DNA from: an uncultured delta proteobacterium
Lineage (GTDB): Bacteria > Myxococcota_A > Polyangia > Polyangiales > Polyangiaceae
Assembly (NCBI GenBank): GCA_963841435.1
Contig: CAWJCS010000003.1
Location: 128,001 to 192,000, forward strand
Direction: 5' to 3'
Length of the DNA stretch: 64,000 nt
Below, one piece after another: positions 22,236 through 30,795 of the stretch (its first letter is position 1; the number at the start of each line of letters is the position of its first letter). The position numbers and the translations under genes were made by a program. Below the pieces are notes generated by a model. That model had not been told where the DNA came from. It was given only the letters and a program-made list of their open reading frames with translations, and did not search any database.

Positions 22236-23374
22236 GCACCGACGCGGCGACGGTCAGGCGGCGGGCCGCCCCGATCGAGGGCGTGAGCGTTGCCGCGTTC
22301 GCGATCCCGACCGACGGCCCCGAGGCCGACGGGACGCTGAGCTGGCAGCGCACCGTGCTCGTGGCGGTCGAGCTCGAAGCCGGCGGCCAGCGGGGCCTCG
22401 GCTACACGTACGCCGACGAGGCCACGGCAAAGCTCGTGGAGTCGATGCTGGCGGACGCGGTGATCGGCCGCGATCCCTTCGACGTAGCGCTCGTCGACGC
22501 CTCGCTGAAGAGGGCCGTCCGCAACCTCGGCTCCCGCGGTATCGCAGCGATGGCCATCTCCGCGCTCGACATCGCACTCTGGGATCTCAAAGCGCGCCTG
22601 CTCGACATCTCGCTCGCCGCACTGCTCGGCCTACGGCGCGCCGCGGCCCCTGCGTACGGCAGTGGCGGATTCACGACCTACTCGGGCGAACGGCTCCAGC
22701 GCCAGCTAGCTGACTGGGTCGCTCGCGGCATCCCGCGCGTGAAGATGAAGGTCGGCAGCGACCCTCGCGAGGACCCCGACCGCGTCCGGCTCGCGCGCGA
22801 AGCAATCGGAGCCTCGGCCGAGCTGTTCGTGGATGCCAACGGCGCGTACTCGCGCAAGCAGGCGCTCGCTCTCGCCGAGAGCTTCGCCGAGCAAGGCGCG
22901 GTTTGGCTCGAGGAGCCCGTGTCGTCCGACGATCTGGAGGGGCTCAGGCTCGTCCGCGACCGCGCGCCGGCGCCGATGGAAATCGCGGCCGGTGAGTACG
23001 GCTACGACGCGCCGTATTTCTTGCGGATGCTCCAGGCAGGCGCGGTCGACGTGTTGCAGGCCGACGCGACGCGTTGCGGCGGCGTGAGCGGTTTCCTCGA
23101 AGCGGATGCGCTCGCGGACGCTTGCCAAACGCCGCTCTCGGCCCATTGTGCGCCGGCCCTGCACGGAGTGATTGGTTGCGCCGCGCGGCGGCTCCGACAC
23201 GTGGAATACTTCTACGACCATGCGCGCATCGAGGCGGAGCTCTTCGACGGAGCCCTCGAGCCGGTGCGCGGCGAGCTGCGACCGGATTCCACGCGACCCG
23301 GCCTCGGACTAACGCTGCGCCCACGGGCCGCCGCGCGCTACGCGCTCGCCACGGCGCGCAGGGAGCGAACGTGA
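22232..23374 (+). CDS. mandelate racemase/enolase-superfamily protein
   Basis: GTG overlapping the upstream stop; ISALDIALWDLKA, KMK, DAN, EEP, GE motifs. Confidence 0.85.
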   Translation: MSTDAATVRRRAAPIEGVSVAAFAIPTDGPEADGTLSWQRTVLVAVELEAGGQRGLGYTYADEATAKLVESMLADAVIGRDPFDVALVDASLKRAVRNLGSRGIAAMAISALDIALWDLKARLLDISLAALLGLRRAAAPAYGSGGFTTYSGERLQRQLADWVARGIPRVKMKVGSDPREDPDRVRLAREAIGASAELFVDANGAYSRKQALALAESFAEQGAVWLEEPVSSDDLEGLRLVRDRAPAPMEIAAGEYGYDAPYFLRMLQAGAVDVLQADATRCGGVSGFLEADALADACQTPLSAHCAPALHGVIGCAARRLRHVEYFYDHARIEAELFDGALEPVRGELRPDSTRPGLGLTLRPRAAARYALATARRERT

Positions 23375-26300
23375 GGTCGCTCGTGCATCCGGTGCAGACC
23401 GAGAACACCGCGCGGCGACCTCGGACGGCGCTCCCCGTCCTCGACGGCCGGCGTGCTCCGGCAGAGCGGCACGACTCCGACGTGTTTTGGTCGCACCTTG
23501 CGGCGAGCGTGCAAGGCGACGTGCGCTCGGACGCCGGGACGCGCGGGCTCTACTCGTTCGACGCGTCGAACTACCAGCACGTGCCGCTCGGCGTGGTGCT
23601 GCCGCGATCGGAAGCAGACGTGCTCACGACGCTCGGCGCTTGCCGAGAGGCAGGCGTGCCCGTCGTGTGTCGCGGCGGAGGCACTTCGCTCGCGGGTCAG
23701 GCCGTGAACGAAGCGGTGATGCTCGACTTCTCGAGGTACATGACGGAGATCCTCGGCTTCGACCCCGCTTCGCGCAGCGCAACGGTCGAGCCCGGCGTCA
23801 TCTGCGACGCGTTGCAAGCGCTTGCCCGACCGCACGGCTTGCAGTGGGGACCGGCTCCGGCGACCCACGACCGGTGCTGTTTCGGAGGCATGCTGGCAAA
23901 CAATTCGGGCGGCATGCACGCCCAGGAAAGCGGCATCGCCGTTCACCACGTGCAGGCGATGCGGGTCGCGCTCGCCGACGGCAGCGTGATGGACCTCGGC
24001 TGGATGGACGAGGAGAGCCTGCGGGCCGCTGCCCGACGCGACGGAAGCGAAGGGCGCGTCTATCGCGAGCTAGCGGAGTTTCGCGAGCGTCACGCGCAGC
24101 TCATCGCCGAGCGGCTGCCCAAGCTTCCGCGCCGTGTGTCGGGGTACAACCTGGACCAGCTGTTGCCGGGGCCCGACGGGCGTTTCAACGTCGCGCGCGC
24201 CCTCGTCGGCAGCGAGGGCACGTGCGCCACGATGCTGCAAGCGACCGTGGGCCTCGTTCCCTCGCCTCGAAGGCGGCTCGTCGTCGTGGCGGGTTACGAC
24301 AGCGTCTTCGACGCGGGAGACGACGTGACGCTGCTCGGCGAGTTCGCGCCGCTCGCGGTCGAGGGCATGGACAAGCGCCTTTACGACCACGTGACCAAGA
24401 AGCACATGCGCGGCGAGCGCTACCTCGATCTCTTGCCGCTGGGGCACGGTTGGCTCCTCGTCGAGCTCGGCTCCGACGACGGCGCGGAGCTCGAGGACCG
24501 TGCCGAGCACCTGATGGAAAAACTCCGGCGAAGCGCGAGCGCGCCCCTGGAATTGCGGCTGGTTCGCGAACGGGACCAACAAGAGCATCTCTGGAAGGTG
24601 CGCGAATCCGGGCTCGGGGCGACGGCGTTCGTGCCCGGCGAGCCCGACGCCTGGCCTGGATTCGAGGATTCCGCGGTGCCCCCCGAGCGGCTCGGCGCCT
24701 ACCTGCGTGACCTCGGAGAGCTCTTTCGTCGCTACGACTACTCGCCCTCGCTCTACGGTCACTTCGGCATGGGGTGCGTGCATTGCCGCGTCGGGTTCGA
24801 TCTCACGAGCGCTGGCGGCGTCGCGAAGTACCGGCGCTTCATGCAGGACGCCGTGCAGCTCGTGCGGCGACACGAAGGGTCGCTGTCCGGCGAGCACGGC
24901 GACGGCCAGGCCCGCGGTGAGCTGCTCGGGGCGCTCTTCGGTCCCGAACTCTACCAGGCATTCCGAGAGTTCAAGGCCATCTGGGACCCGGATGGTCGCA
25001 TGAATCCGGGGCGCATCGTCGATGCCCGCCCGATCGATCGAGACCTCCGCCTCGGGCCCGGCTACGACCCCGAAGAGCCGCCGACCCACTTCCACTTCCT
25101 CGAGGACAACGGCTCGTTCGCGCGCGCGACACTGCGTTGCGTCGGCGTCGGCAAGTGCCGCAGGCGAGAGGCGACCGGCCCCGAGGACGTCATGTGCCCG
25201 AGCTTCATGGCCACCGGCGAGGAACGGCACTCGACGCGTGGTCGCGCGCGCTTGCTCTGGCAAATGCTCCAGCCGAACGGCAATCCCATCCGTGGCGGCT
25301 TCCAGGACGAAAACGTGAAGGAGGCGCTCGATCTTTGTCTCGCCTGCAAGGGCTGCAAGCGCGACTGCCCCGTCGGCGTCAACATGGCGACCTACAAGGC
25401 CGAATTTCTGGCCCACTACTATCGCGGGCGGCTTCGTCCCCGCCAGGCGACGGCCTTCGGCCACATCGATCGCTGGGCGGCGCTCATGAGCGTGGCGCCG
25501 GGGCTCGCCAATCTCGTGACGCAGAGTCGCATCGGCGCGCCGTTCGCCAAGGCGGTGGCCGGCGTGGCCCGCTCGCGCGAGATCCCGCCGTTCGCCGGCG
25601 AAACGTTTCGCGCGTGGTTTGCGCGCCACGCGCCGCCCGCCGCCCCGCGAAAGCGCGTGCTCCTCTTCACCGATACCTTCACGAACCACTTCGAGCCGGG
25701 CATCGCCAAGGCGGCGGTGCGCGTGCTCGAGCACGCGGGCTACGAGGTGGAGATACCACCGCGCCAGGTCTGTTGCGGCCGCCCACTCTACGACTACGGC
25801 CTCCTGGACGACGCCAAAGAGCACCTCGAAACGGTGCTCTCGACGCTCGACCCGTGGCTGACCGCGGGCGCGCCGATCGTGGTGCTCGAGCCGAGCTGCG
25901 CCTCGGTGTTTCGCGACGAGCTCGGCGCCCTCTTGCCCGGTCGCGTTTCGGGACAACGCCTCGCCGCACAGACCCAGCTGCTCGACGAGCTCCTCACGCG
26001 CGACGCCATGGCCCGCTTGCCGAAGCTCCGGCGCAAGGCGCTCGTGCAGGGCCATTGTCATCACAAATCGGTGCTCGGCTTCGATGCGGCCAAGAAAGCA
26101 CTGTCGGCCCTGGAGCTCGACGCCGAGGTGCTCGCATCGGGCTGCTGCGGCATGGCGGGCGCCTTCGGCTTCGAGCCCGACAAGCAGGAAGTCTCGCTCG
26201 CGTGCGGCGAGCGATCGCTGCTTCCGAGCGTGCGAGAGGCCGCAGAGGATACGCTGATCGTCGCCGACGGCTTCAGCTGCCGGCAGCAGATTGGCCAGAA

Positions 26301-26523
26301 CACCGGACGGCAGGCGTTGCACTTTGCCGAAGTGGTGGAGCTGGCGCTCGAGCACGGGTCCAACGGGCCACCTCGAGCGGAACCGCCCGAGGCCGGACCC
26401 CGAGACGCACAGCGGCTCGACGTGCGGCGGTCGATGTGGCGAGCCGGCACCGCGCTGGCGGCGGGGGCTCTCGCCGTCCTCGGCGCGACGCTGCTCGCCT
26501 CGAGCAAGGACGCACGGCGTTGA
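23371..26523 (+). CDS. FAD-binding and Fe-S-binding oxidoreductase (GlcD/GlcF-like fusion)
   Basis: RGGGTSLAGQ, GSEGT, SGEHGDG, CVGVGKC, CLACKGCKRDCP, two CCG motifs. Confidence 0.9.
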   Translation: MRSLVHPVQTENTARRPRTALPVLDGRRAPAERHDSDVFWSHLAASVQGDVRSDAGTRGLYSFDASNYQHVPLGVVLPRSEADVLTTLGACREAGVPVVCRGGGTSLAGQAVNEAVMLDFSRYMTEILGFDPASRSATVEPGVICDALQALARPHGLQWGPAPATHDRCCFGGMLANNSGGMHAQESGIAVHHVQAMRVALADGSVMDLGWMDEESLRAAARRDGSEGRVYRELAEFRERHAQLIAERLPKLPRRVSGYNLDQLLPGPDGRFNVARALVGSEGTCATMLQATVGLVPSPRRRLVVVAGYDSVFDAGDDVTLLGEFAPLAVEGMDKRLYDHVTKKHMRGERYLDLLPLGHGWLLVELGSDDGAELEDRAEHLMEKLRRSASAPLELRLVRERDQQEHLWKVRESGLGATAFVPGEPDAWPGFEDSAVPPERLGAYLRDLGELFRRYDYSPSLYGHFGMGCVHCRVGFDLTSAGGVAKYRRFMQDAVQLVRRHEGSLSGEHGDGQARGELLGALFGPELYQAFREFKAIWDPDGRMNPGRIVDARPIDRDLRLGPGYDPEEPPTHFHFLEDNGSFARATLRCVGVGKCRRREATGPEDVMCPSFMATGEERHSTRGRARLLWQMLQPNGNPIRGGFQDENVKEALDLCLACKGCKRDCPVGVNMATYKAEFLAHYYRGRLRPRQATAFGHIDRWAALMSVAPGLANLVTQSRIGAPFAKAVAGVARSREIPPFAGETFRAWFARHAPPAAPRKRVLLFTDTFTNHFEPGIAKAAVRVLEHAGYEVEIPPRQVCCGRPLYDYGLLDDAKEHLETVLSTLDPWLTAGAPIVVLEPSCASVFRDELGALLPGRVSGQRLAAQTQLLDELLTRDAMARLPKLRRKALVQGHCHHKSVLGFDAAKKALSALELDAEVLASGCCGMAGAFGFEPDKQEVSLACGERSLLPSVREAAEDTLIVADGFSCRQQIGQNTGRQALHFAEVVELALEHGSNGPPRAEPPEAGPRDAQRLDVRRSMWRAGTALAAGALAVLGATLLASSKDARR

Positions 26524-26537
26524 GCGGCGAGGTTGTT

Positions 26538-29500
26538 TCACTGCGATTGGGTGTTGCGGCGGGGCAGGCGAACCACGAACGCCGTTGATTCGTTCCCGGA
26601 AGAGACATCTATCGCGCCTCCGTGGGCGCGCACGATCTCCCTCACGATGAAGAGGCCGAGGCCAAGACCTCGTGAGCGCTGGCGTCCGACGCGGGTGGTC
26701 CGAAACGGATCGAACAGATGCGGCAGGACTTCGGGCGAGATGGTCCCCACGTTGCGGACCTCCACGCGCACCTCGTTTGTAGCCTTGCCGTCCAACCGCA
26801 ACAGGATTTCCTCGTCGGGACGTCCGTGTGCCCCGGCGTTCGCAACCAGATTGGAGACGATCTGCATCAAACGGTCCCCGTCCCAGCTCCCGGTCAAATC
26901 GCCGTTGGACTCGGTACGAATCTTCCATGCGGGGTAGGCGACCTGGAGCTCACCCAGGGCCTGTGCGCAGAGCTGAACGAGGTTGATTGGCCGTGGTTGC
27001 ACCTCGATGCCACCCCCCGTCCGCGCGCGGGTAAAGTCGAGGAGCTGCTCGATCATGCGCTGCATGCGCTGTCCGCTCCCGATGATGCGGCTAACGGCCT
27101 TCACCTCAGGCCCGTCCATCCCGGCTTCGCCCTTGCGATGCATGAGCAGCAGCTGGGCTCCGTTCATGATCGCCGCGAGCGGATTCAAGAGGTCATGCGC
27201 CAGAACCCCAGCAAAAAGTTCGTTGGCTCTAATGGTGTCCTCGAGGCGTGACACCGCCGCGAAGCGCGCGATCACCGATCCGAGGTGATTCGCAATTGCC
27301 CGAGCGGTGCCCACCTCGTGCGACGCAAACGAGTGCGGCTCGTCATAGTAGACCATGAACTGTCCGAGAAGGCGGCGCCGGGCAACGAGCGGGATGAACG
27401 CCAAGGCGCCGATCCCTTCGCGCTCGAACAGCGGGCCATACGGGCTCATTGCGGGATCGTTCTTCACGTCCGGCACGAGGACCGGCTCAGGTGAGGTTGC
27501 ATCCGCTGGCCACGGGGAGTGGCCTTCGACCGCAGCGCGATACGCCTCCGAAAGGCCGCGCCAGGCGACGAAGCGCATGACACCGGTCCGATCGAGCGTG
27601 AGCACCGATGATCGAGTCACCCCCAGCGCAGCGTGAATCCCATCGAGCGCCGCGTCCAGAACCGTTTCGACCTTGTCGGCAGCAACGACGGCTGCGGCGA
27701 ACTTGTACAGGTGTTCCGCCCGGCGTCGGCCGTTCACGTTTTCCTGAAACAGCTGCGCGTTCTCAATCGCCGCGGCGGCACGTTCAGCCAATTGTTCGAC
27801 GAGATCCAGATCGGCCGCGGTATACGTCTCGCCGGGTCGCGTGCGCGTGGTCGTGACCGTGCCGATCACCTGACCGCGCGAGCGGAGCGGAGCGCAAATC
27901 ATGGCGTAGCTCGGATGGCGCTCGAGAAATGCGCGGTATGCCGGGGCCACGCGATCGAGCAGCTCGACCGGGTCGAGATTCGCAATCATCTGGCTTTTTC
28001 GGGTCGCTGCCACGACCCCCGTAACGCCCTCGCCCAAGCGCAGCGGCGACCTGGCCATGACTTCCTTCAGGAGCGCGCCAGCTTTCGCGTCCGGATGATA
28101 AGCCGCGCGGCCATGCAGGAGGCCGTCCTCCTCGAGAAGGTTGATACCGACGCAACTTTCGAGGCTCGTTCCGAGCTCGCTCACGATCGCTTCGATCCGA
28201 GGTCCGAGTTCCAGATCGGTTTCAACGAAGGCACGCGATGCCCGACTCAGTACGCCCATGCGATGGGCGGTGGCGTCCGCTTCGTTCCTCGCGCGACGTT
28301 CGGCATCGAAGAGCCGCAGGCGCTCGACCGCTTGGCTCGCGTAGCGCGCGGCGAGAAGCAAGAGCGCCTGAGCTTCGTCATCCTTGTCGCCCACCTCCGG
28401 AAGCGTGAGAGCAACGCCACCGAGCACCTTGCCGCGTGCTACGAGCGGTAGGCAGCACACGGCATAGTCGCGATCAGGTGAGACGAGGGGCTCGATGTGC
28501 GGATAGAGCCGAACGAGCTCCGCTTGTGACTCGATCCAGATCGCCTCTCCGCAGCGCATCGCGTCAAGCGCGGGTATCGGCAAGGAGGCATGGAGCGGAA
28601 TCGTCTCGATCTGGCGCCTCGCGTGCGCCGAGTATCCGATCGCACGCATGAGCCGCGCCGTCTGCGTCTCGTCGTCGACGAGCCAGAGCGCGGCACTCGT
28701 TGCAGCCAGAGCCTCGTGGACGCGGTCGACCAGCGCGACGAACACCTCTTCGCTCGTGACCGCCTCGGCGATCGCAGCAGTGATCTTCGAGAACCTCGTG
28801 ATGCGGTTGGCAGCGTGCTCGCGAGAGCGATCGAAGACTTTGCGTTCCGAGATGTCGGTGACGAGGGCAATGAAGCCGTGCACTGTGCCGTCTGCCGACT
28901 CGTGCGGCACGTAGGTCCCTTCGATGAAGCGTGCACCGCCGTGCGGGTAGGGGATCTCCGCCTCGAACGTGACCTCTTCTCCCCGCAATGCGCGCTCGGC
29001 GTACGGGAGGATGCGGTCGTAGCCATCGACCCCGACAATCTCCCGCAAATGCTTGCCGACGACGTAGCCGGGGGGGAATGCGAACCAACGCTCGTACGCA
29101 GCGCTGGCGAACCGGTACCGTTGCTCCGTGTCCACGTAGGACACCAGCGAGGGCAGGGCATCGGCAATGAGCTGCAGTTGCTGCGACTCAGCACGATGGA
29201 GCGCGGCCCCGTCGGAATGGGACGGCTCGCGGCCCGCAGGTGGGACCTCGGCAGGTGTCCCGTACGAGCGCAGCACGAACGGTTCCCGACGCCCCCCAAA
29301 CTCGCTGCACAACTCCTCGAGCAAGATCGCGGCGCCGCGCTTCCCCTGCCTCCAGAGTACCGCCGCCATGTCACCACAAAGCCTGACGCCACGTCCCTTC
29401 GAACCCATGGGCGATGCGTCGAAGAGCCGCCCGATCTCGGCCTCGAAGAGGCGCGGTTCGGGGACGCCATCGCGCATGATCCTCGACAATAGGTCGTGGG

Positions 29501-29732
29501 CGTCGACGCGCACGAACCGCCCGTGCCTTTCCTCCGCGGCCAGGTCGCAGCCTTCGCCGTCCAGACGTCGCTGGAACGTTCCCAGATAGTCGGACGTCGC
29601 GATCACGGCGACACGGTCCCCGGTGCAGAAGCCCTGCTGCGCGAACCTCACGTCAGCGTCAACGAGCAACTTCTCGTCCTGCAAGAGTCGGACGAGATCA
29701 TCGAGCGGGCTGTCCGCCGGGGCGAACGACAT
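26538..29732 (-). CDS. cytoplasmic sensor histidine kinase (MEDS-like, PAS, three GAF, HisKA, HATPase)
   Basis: H-box AHDLLNPL, N-box SNLVANA, LFDPF, GLGLGL; PAS (IADALPSLVSYVD); start uncertain (29732 or 29753). Confidence 0.85.
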   Translation of the reverse strand: MSFAPADSPLDDLVRLLQDEKLLVDADVRFAQQGFCTGDRVAVIATSDYLGTFQRRLDGEGCDLAAEERHGRFVRVDAHDLLSRIMRDGVPEPRLFEAEIGRLFDASPMGSKGRGVRLCGDMAAVLWRQGKRGAAILLEELCSEFGGRREPFVLRSYGTPAEVPPAGREPSHSDGAALHRAESQQLQLIADALPSLVSYVDTEQRYRFASAAYERWFAFPPGYVVGKHLREIVGVDGYDRILPYAERALRGEEVTFEAEIPYPHGGARFIEGTYVPHESADGTVHGFIALVTDISERKVFDRSREHAANRITRFSKITAAIAEAVTSEEVFVALVDRVHEALAATSAALWLVDDETQTARLMRAIGYSAHARRQIETIPLHASLPIPALDAMRCGEAIWIESQAELVRLYPHIEPLVSPDRDYAVCCLPLVARGKVLGGVALTLPEVGDKDDEAQALLLLAARYASQAVERLRLFDAERRARNEADATAHRMGVLSRASRAFVETDLELGPRIEAIVSELGTSLESCVGINLLEEDGLLHGRAAYHPDAKAGALLKEVMARSPLRLGEGVTGVVAATRKSQMIANLDPVELLDRVAPAYRAFLERHPSYAMICAPLRSRGQVIGTVTTTRTRPGETYTAADLDLVEQLAERAAAAIENAQLFQENVNGRRRAEHLYKFAAAVVAADKVETVLDAALDGIHAALGVTRSSVLTLDRTGVMRFVAWRGLSEAYRAAVEGHSPWPADATSPEPVLVPDVKNDPAMSPYGPLFEREGIGALAFIPLVARRRLLGQFMVYYDEPHSFASHEVGTARAIANHLGSVIARFAAVSRLEDTIRANELFAGVLAHDLLNPLAAIMNGAQLLLMHRKGEAGMDGPEVKAVSRIIGSGQRMQRMIEQLLDFTRARTGGGIEVQPRPINLVQLCAQALGELQVAYPAWKIRTESNGDLTGSWDGDRLMQIVSNLVANAGAHGRPDEEILLRLDGKATNEVRVEVRNVGTISPEVLPHLFDPFRTTRVGRQRSRGLGLGLFIVREIVRAHGGAIDVSSGNESTAFVVRLPRRNTQSQ

Positions 29733-29994
29733 CGTACTTGAACTGCCGAGCATCGGGCTCTCCGCAGGCACGTGGTCAGCGACCTTAACCACTTGGCACC
29801 CTAGTGCAAGACGAAAGCGGCGCCTTCCGGAATCTACACGGATGAACGGATGTTTCTCCCTGGGCCTTCGGGGTCGCGCGCCCAGTCCTAGCCCACACAC
29901 CGGATTTCGCCAGGCTATCGGCGGGAGTCGAGATTGCGGATCCCGCCGCTTGAACCAGGCGCGCTGCGATCAGAGCCGCGGGTTTGCGGGCGAG

Positions 29995-30131
29995 ATGCTG
30001 AACTTCAATCATCTCCAACTTCCACGTCCACGGCGTTCCACGGCTCGCAGACCGACGCCGCGGAGCAACTCGGCGTCACGCAGCCCACCGGAAGCGAGCG
30101 GATCCGCATGCTCGAGCGTTCGCTCGGCTGA
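29995..30131 (+). pseudogene. LysR-family (NhaR-like) regulator remnant, HTH only
   Basis: MLNFNHL in one frame, then AAEQLGVTQPTGSERIRMLERSLG-stop in another; no effector domain follows. Confidence 0.7.
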
Positions 30132-30315
30132 TGAGACAGTCTGCCATCGGGGGCGTGGCAACTTTGCCACACCGACGCTCGTTTCGTTCACGCAGCAGGA
30201 GTGCAGGCGTTCGCGCGCCTGCCGGCGCGAAGGGCTCCGCACGATGCCTCCTCAACGAAGCAAGGTGCCGCCCTCGGCTCGCGCCCGGGCCCCGCGGCCG
30301 TCGTGGGGCCCGGAC

Positions 30316-30729
30316 TCAGCGCGGGGCCTGAAATTCTCCCGTGATCTCGTTCGGCGGTGTGTATGCCGGCACGGTCGGATCAGGGTCGGGAACCGCCTTG
30401 CCGGAAGCGTCGAACCAAACGCTCTTTGCGAAGAGCAGCCTTCCGTCGTCGGTGTAGTGCGACACCCAGGGGGCGAGGCGACTTGCCACGTGTGCACTCA
30501 CCCACCCGCCACGCCGCCACACGTATTGGGTGCGTGCCCAGTTCCAGAAACCGTCGACCCACAAGAAGTCACCCGCCGGCTTCGGCGGCACGGTCTCCAC
30601 GAGTGCTGCCGGTGGGGGATAGGGCACCTCGACGAAATCGCTTTTCGGGTGATCGGCGTGCGCTGGGACGGGGAGCGAACTGCCACATCCGGTGAGCAGG
30701 AGAACGAAAGGGAGCAGACGACGAAACAC
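30316..30729 (-). CDS. small lipoprotein with WxxGxW-like repeats
   Basis: Lipobox LLTGC; VPYPPP, WVDGFWNW, YVWRRGGW; GTG 30729 chosen because the promoter motif covers the upstream ATG. Confidence 0.7.
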   Translation of the reverse strand: MFRRLLPFVLLLTGCGSSLPVPAHADHPKSDFVEVPYPPPAALVETVPPKPAGDFLWVDGFWNWARTQYVWRRGGWVSAHVASRLAPWVSHYTDDGRLLFAKSVWFDASGKAVPDPDPTVPAYTPPNEITGEFQAPR

Positions 30730-30747
30730 TGTGCGGAGTGAAACCGA

Positions 30748-30763
30748 AGCACGGTGCATGCCA
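30748..30763 (-). promoter_or_regulatory. putative sigma54 promoter of the lipoprotein gene
   Basis: Minus strand TGGCATGCACCGTGCT. Confidence 0.5.
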
Positions 30764-30767
30764 GTGC

Positions 30768-30783
30768 TGGCCCACGCCTTGCA
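30768..30783 (+). promoter_or_regulatory. putative sigma54 promoter of tamAB
   Basis: TGGCCCACGCCTTGCA; -12 GC is 13 nt before the ATG at 30796. Confidence 0.55.
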
Positions 30784-30795
30784 CTGATCGCGGCG

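Noticed and set aside
24070-26928. 952-aa minus-strand ORF and similar long antisense ORFs (47234-49690, 55997-57802, 57781-59883, 16522-18126)
   Set aside because: Shadow frames of well-supported genes in high-GC DNA; no recognisable motifs
29794-29808. TGGCACCCTAGTGCA as a sigma54 promoter
   Set aside because: GG-to-GC spacing is one base short and no gene start follows closely on that strand
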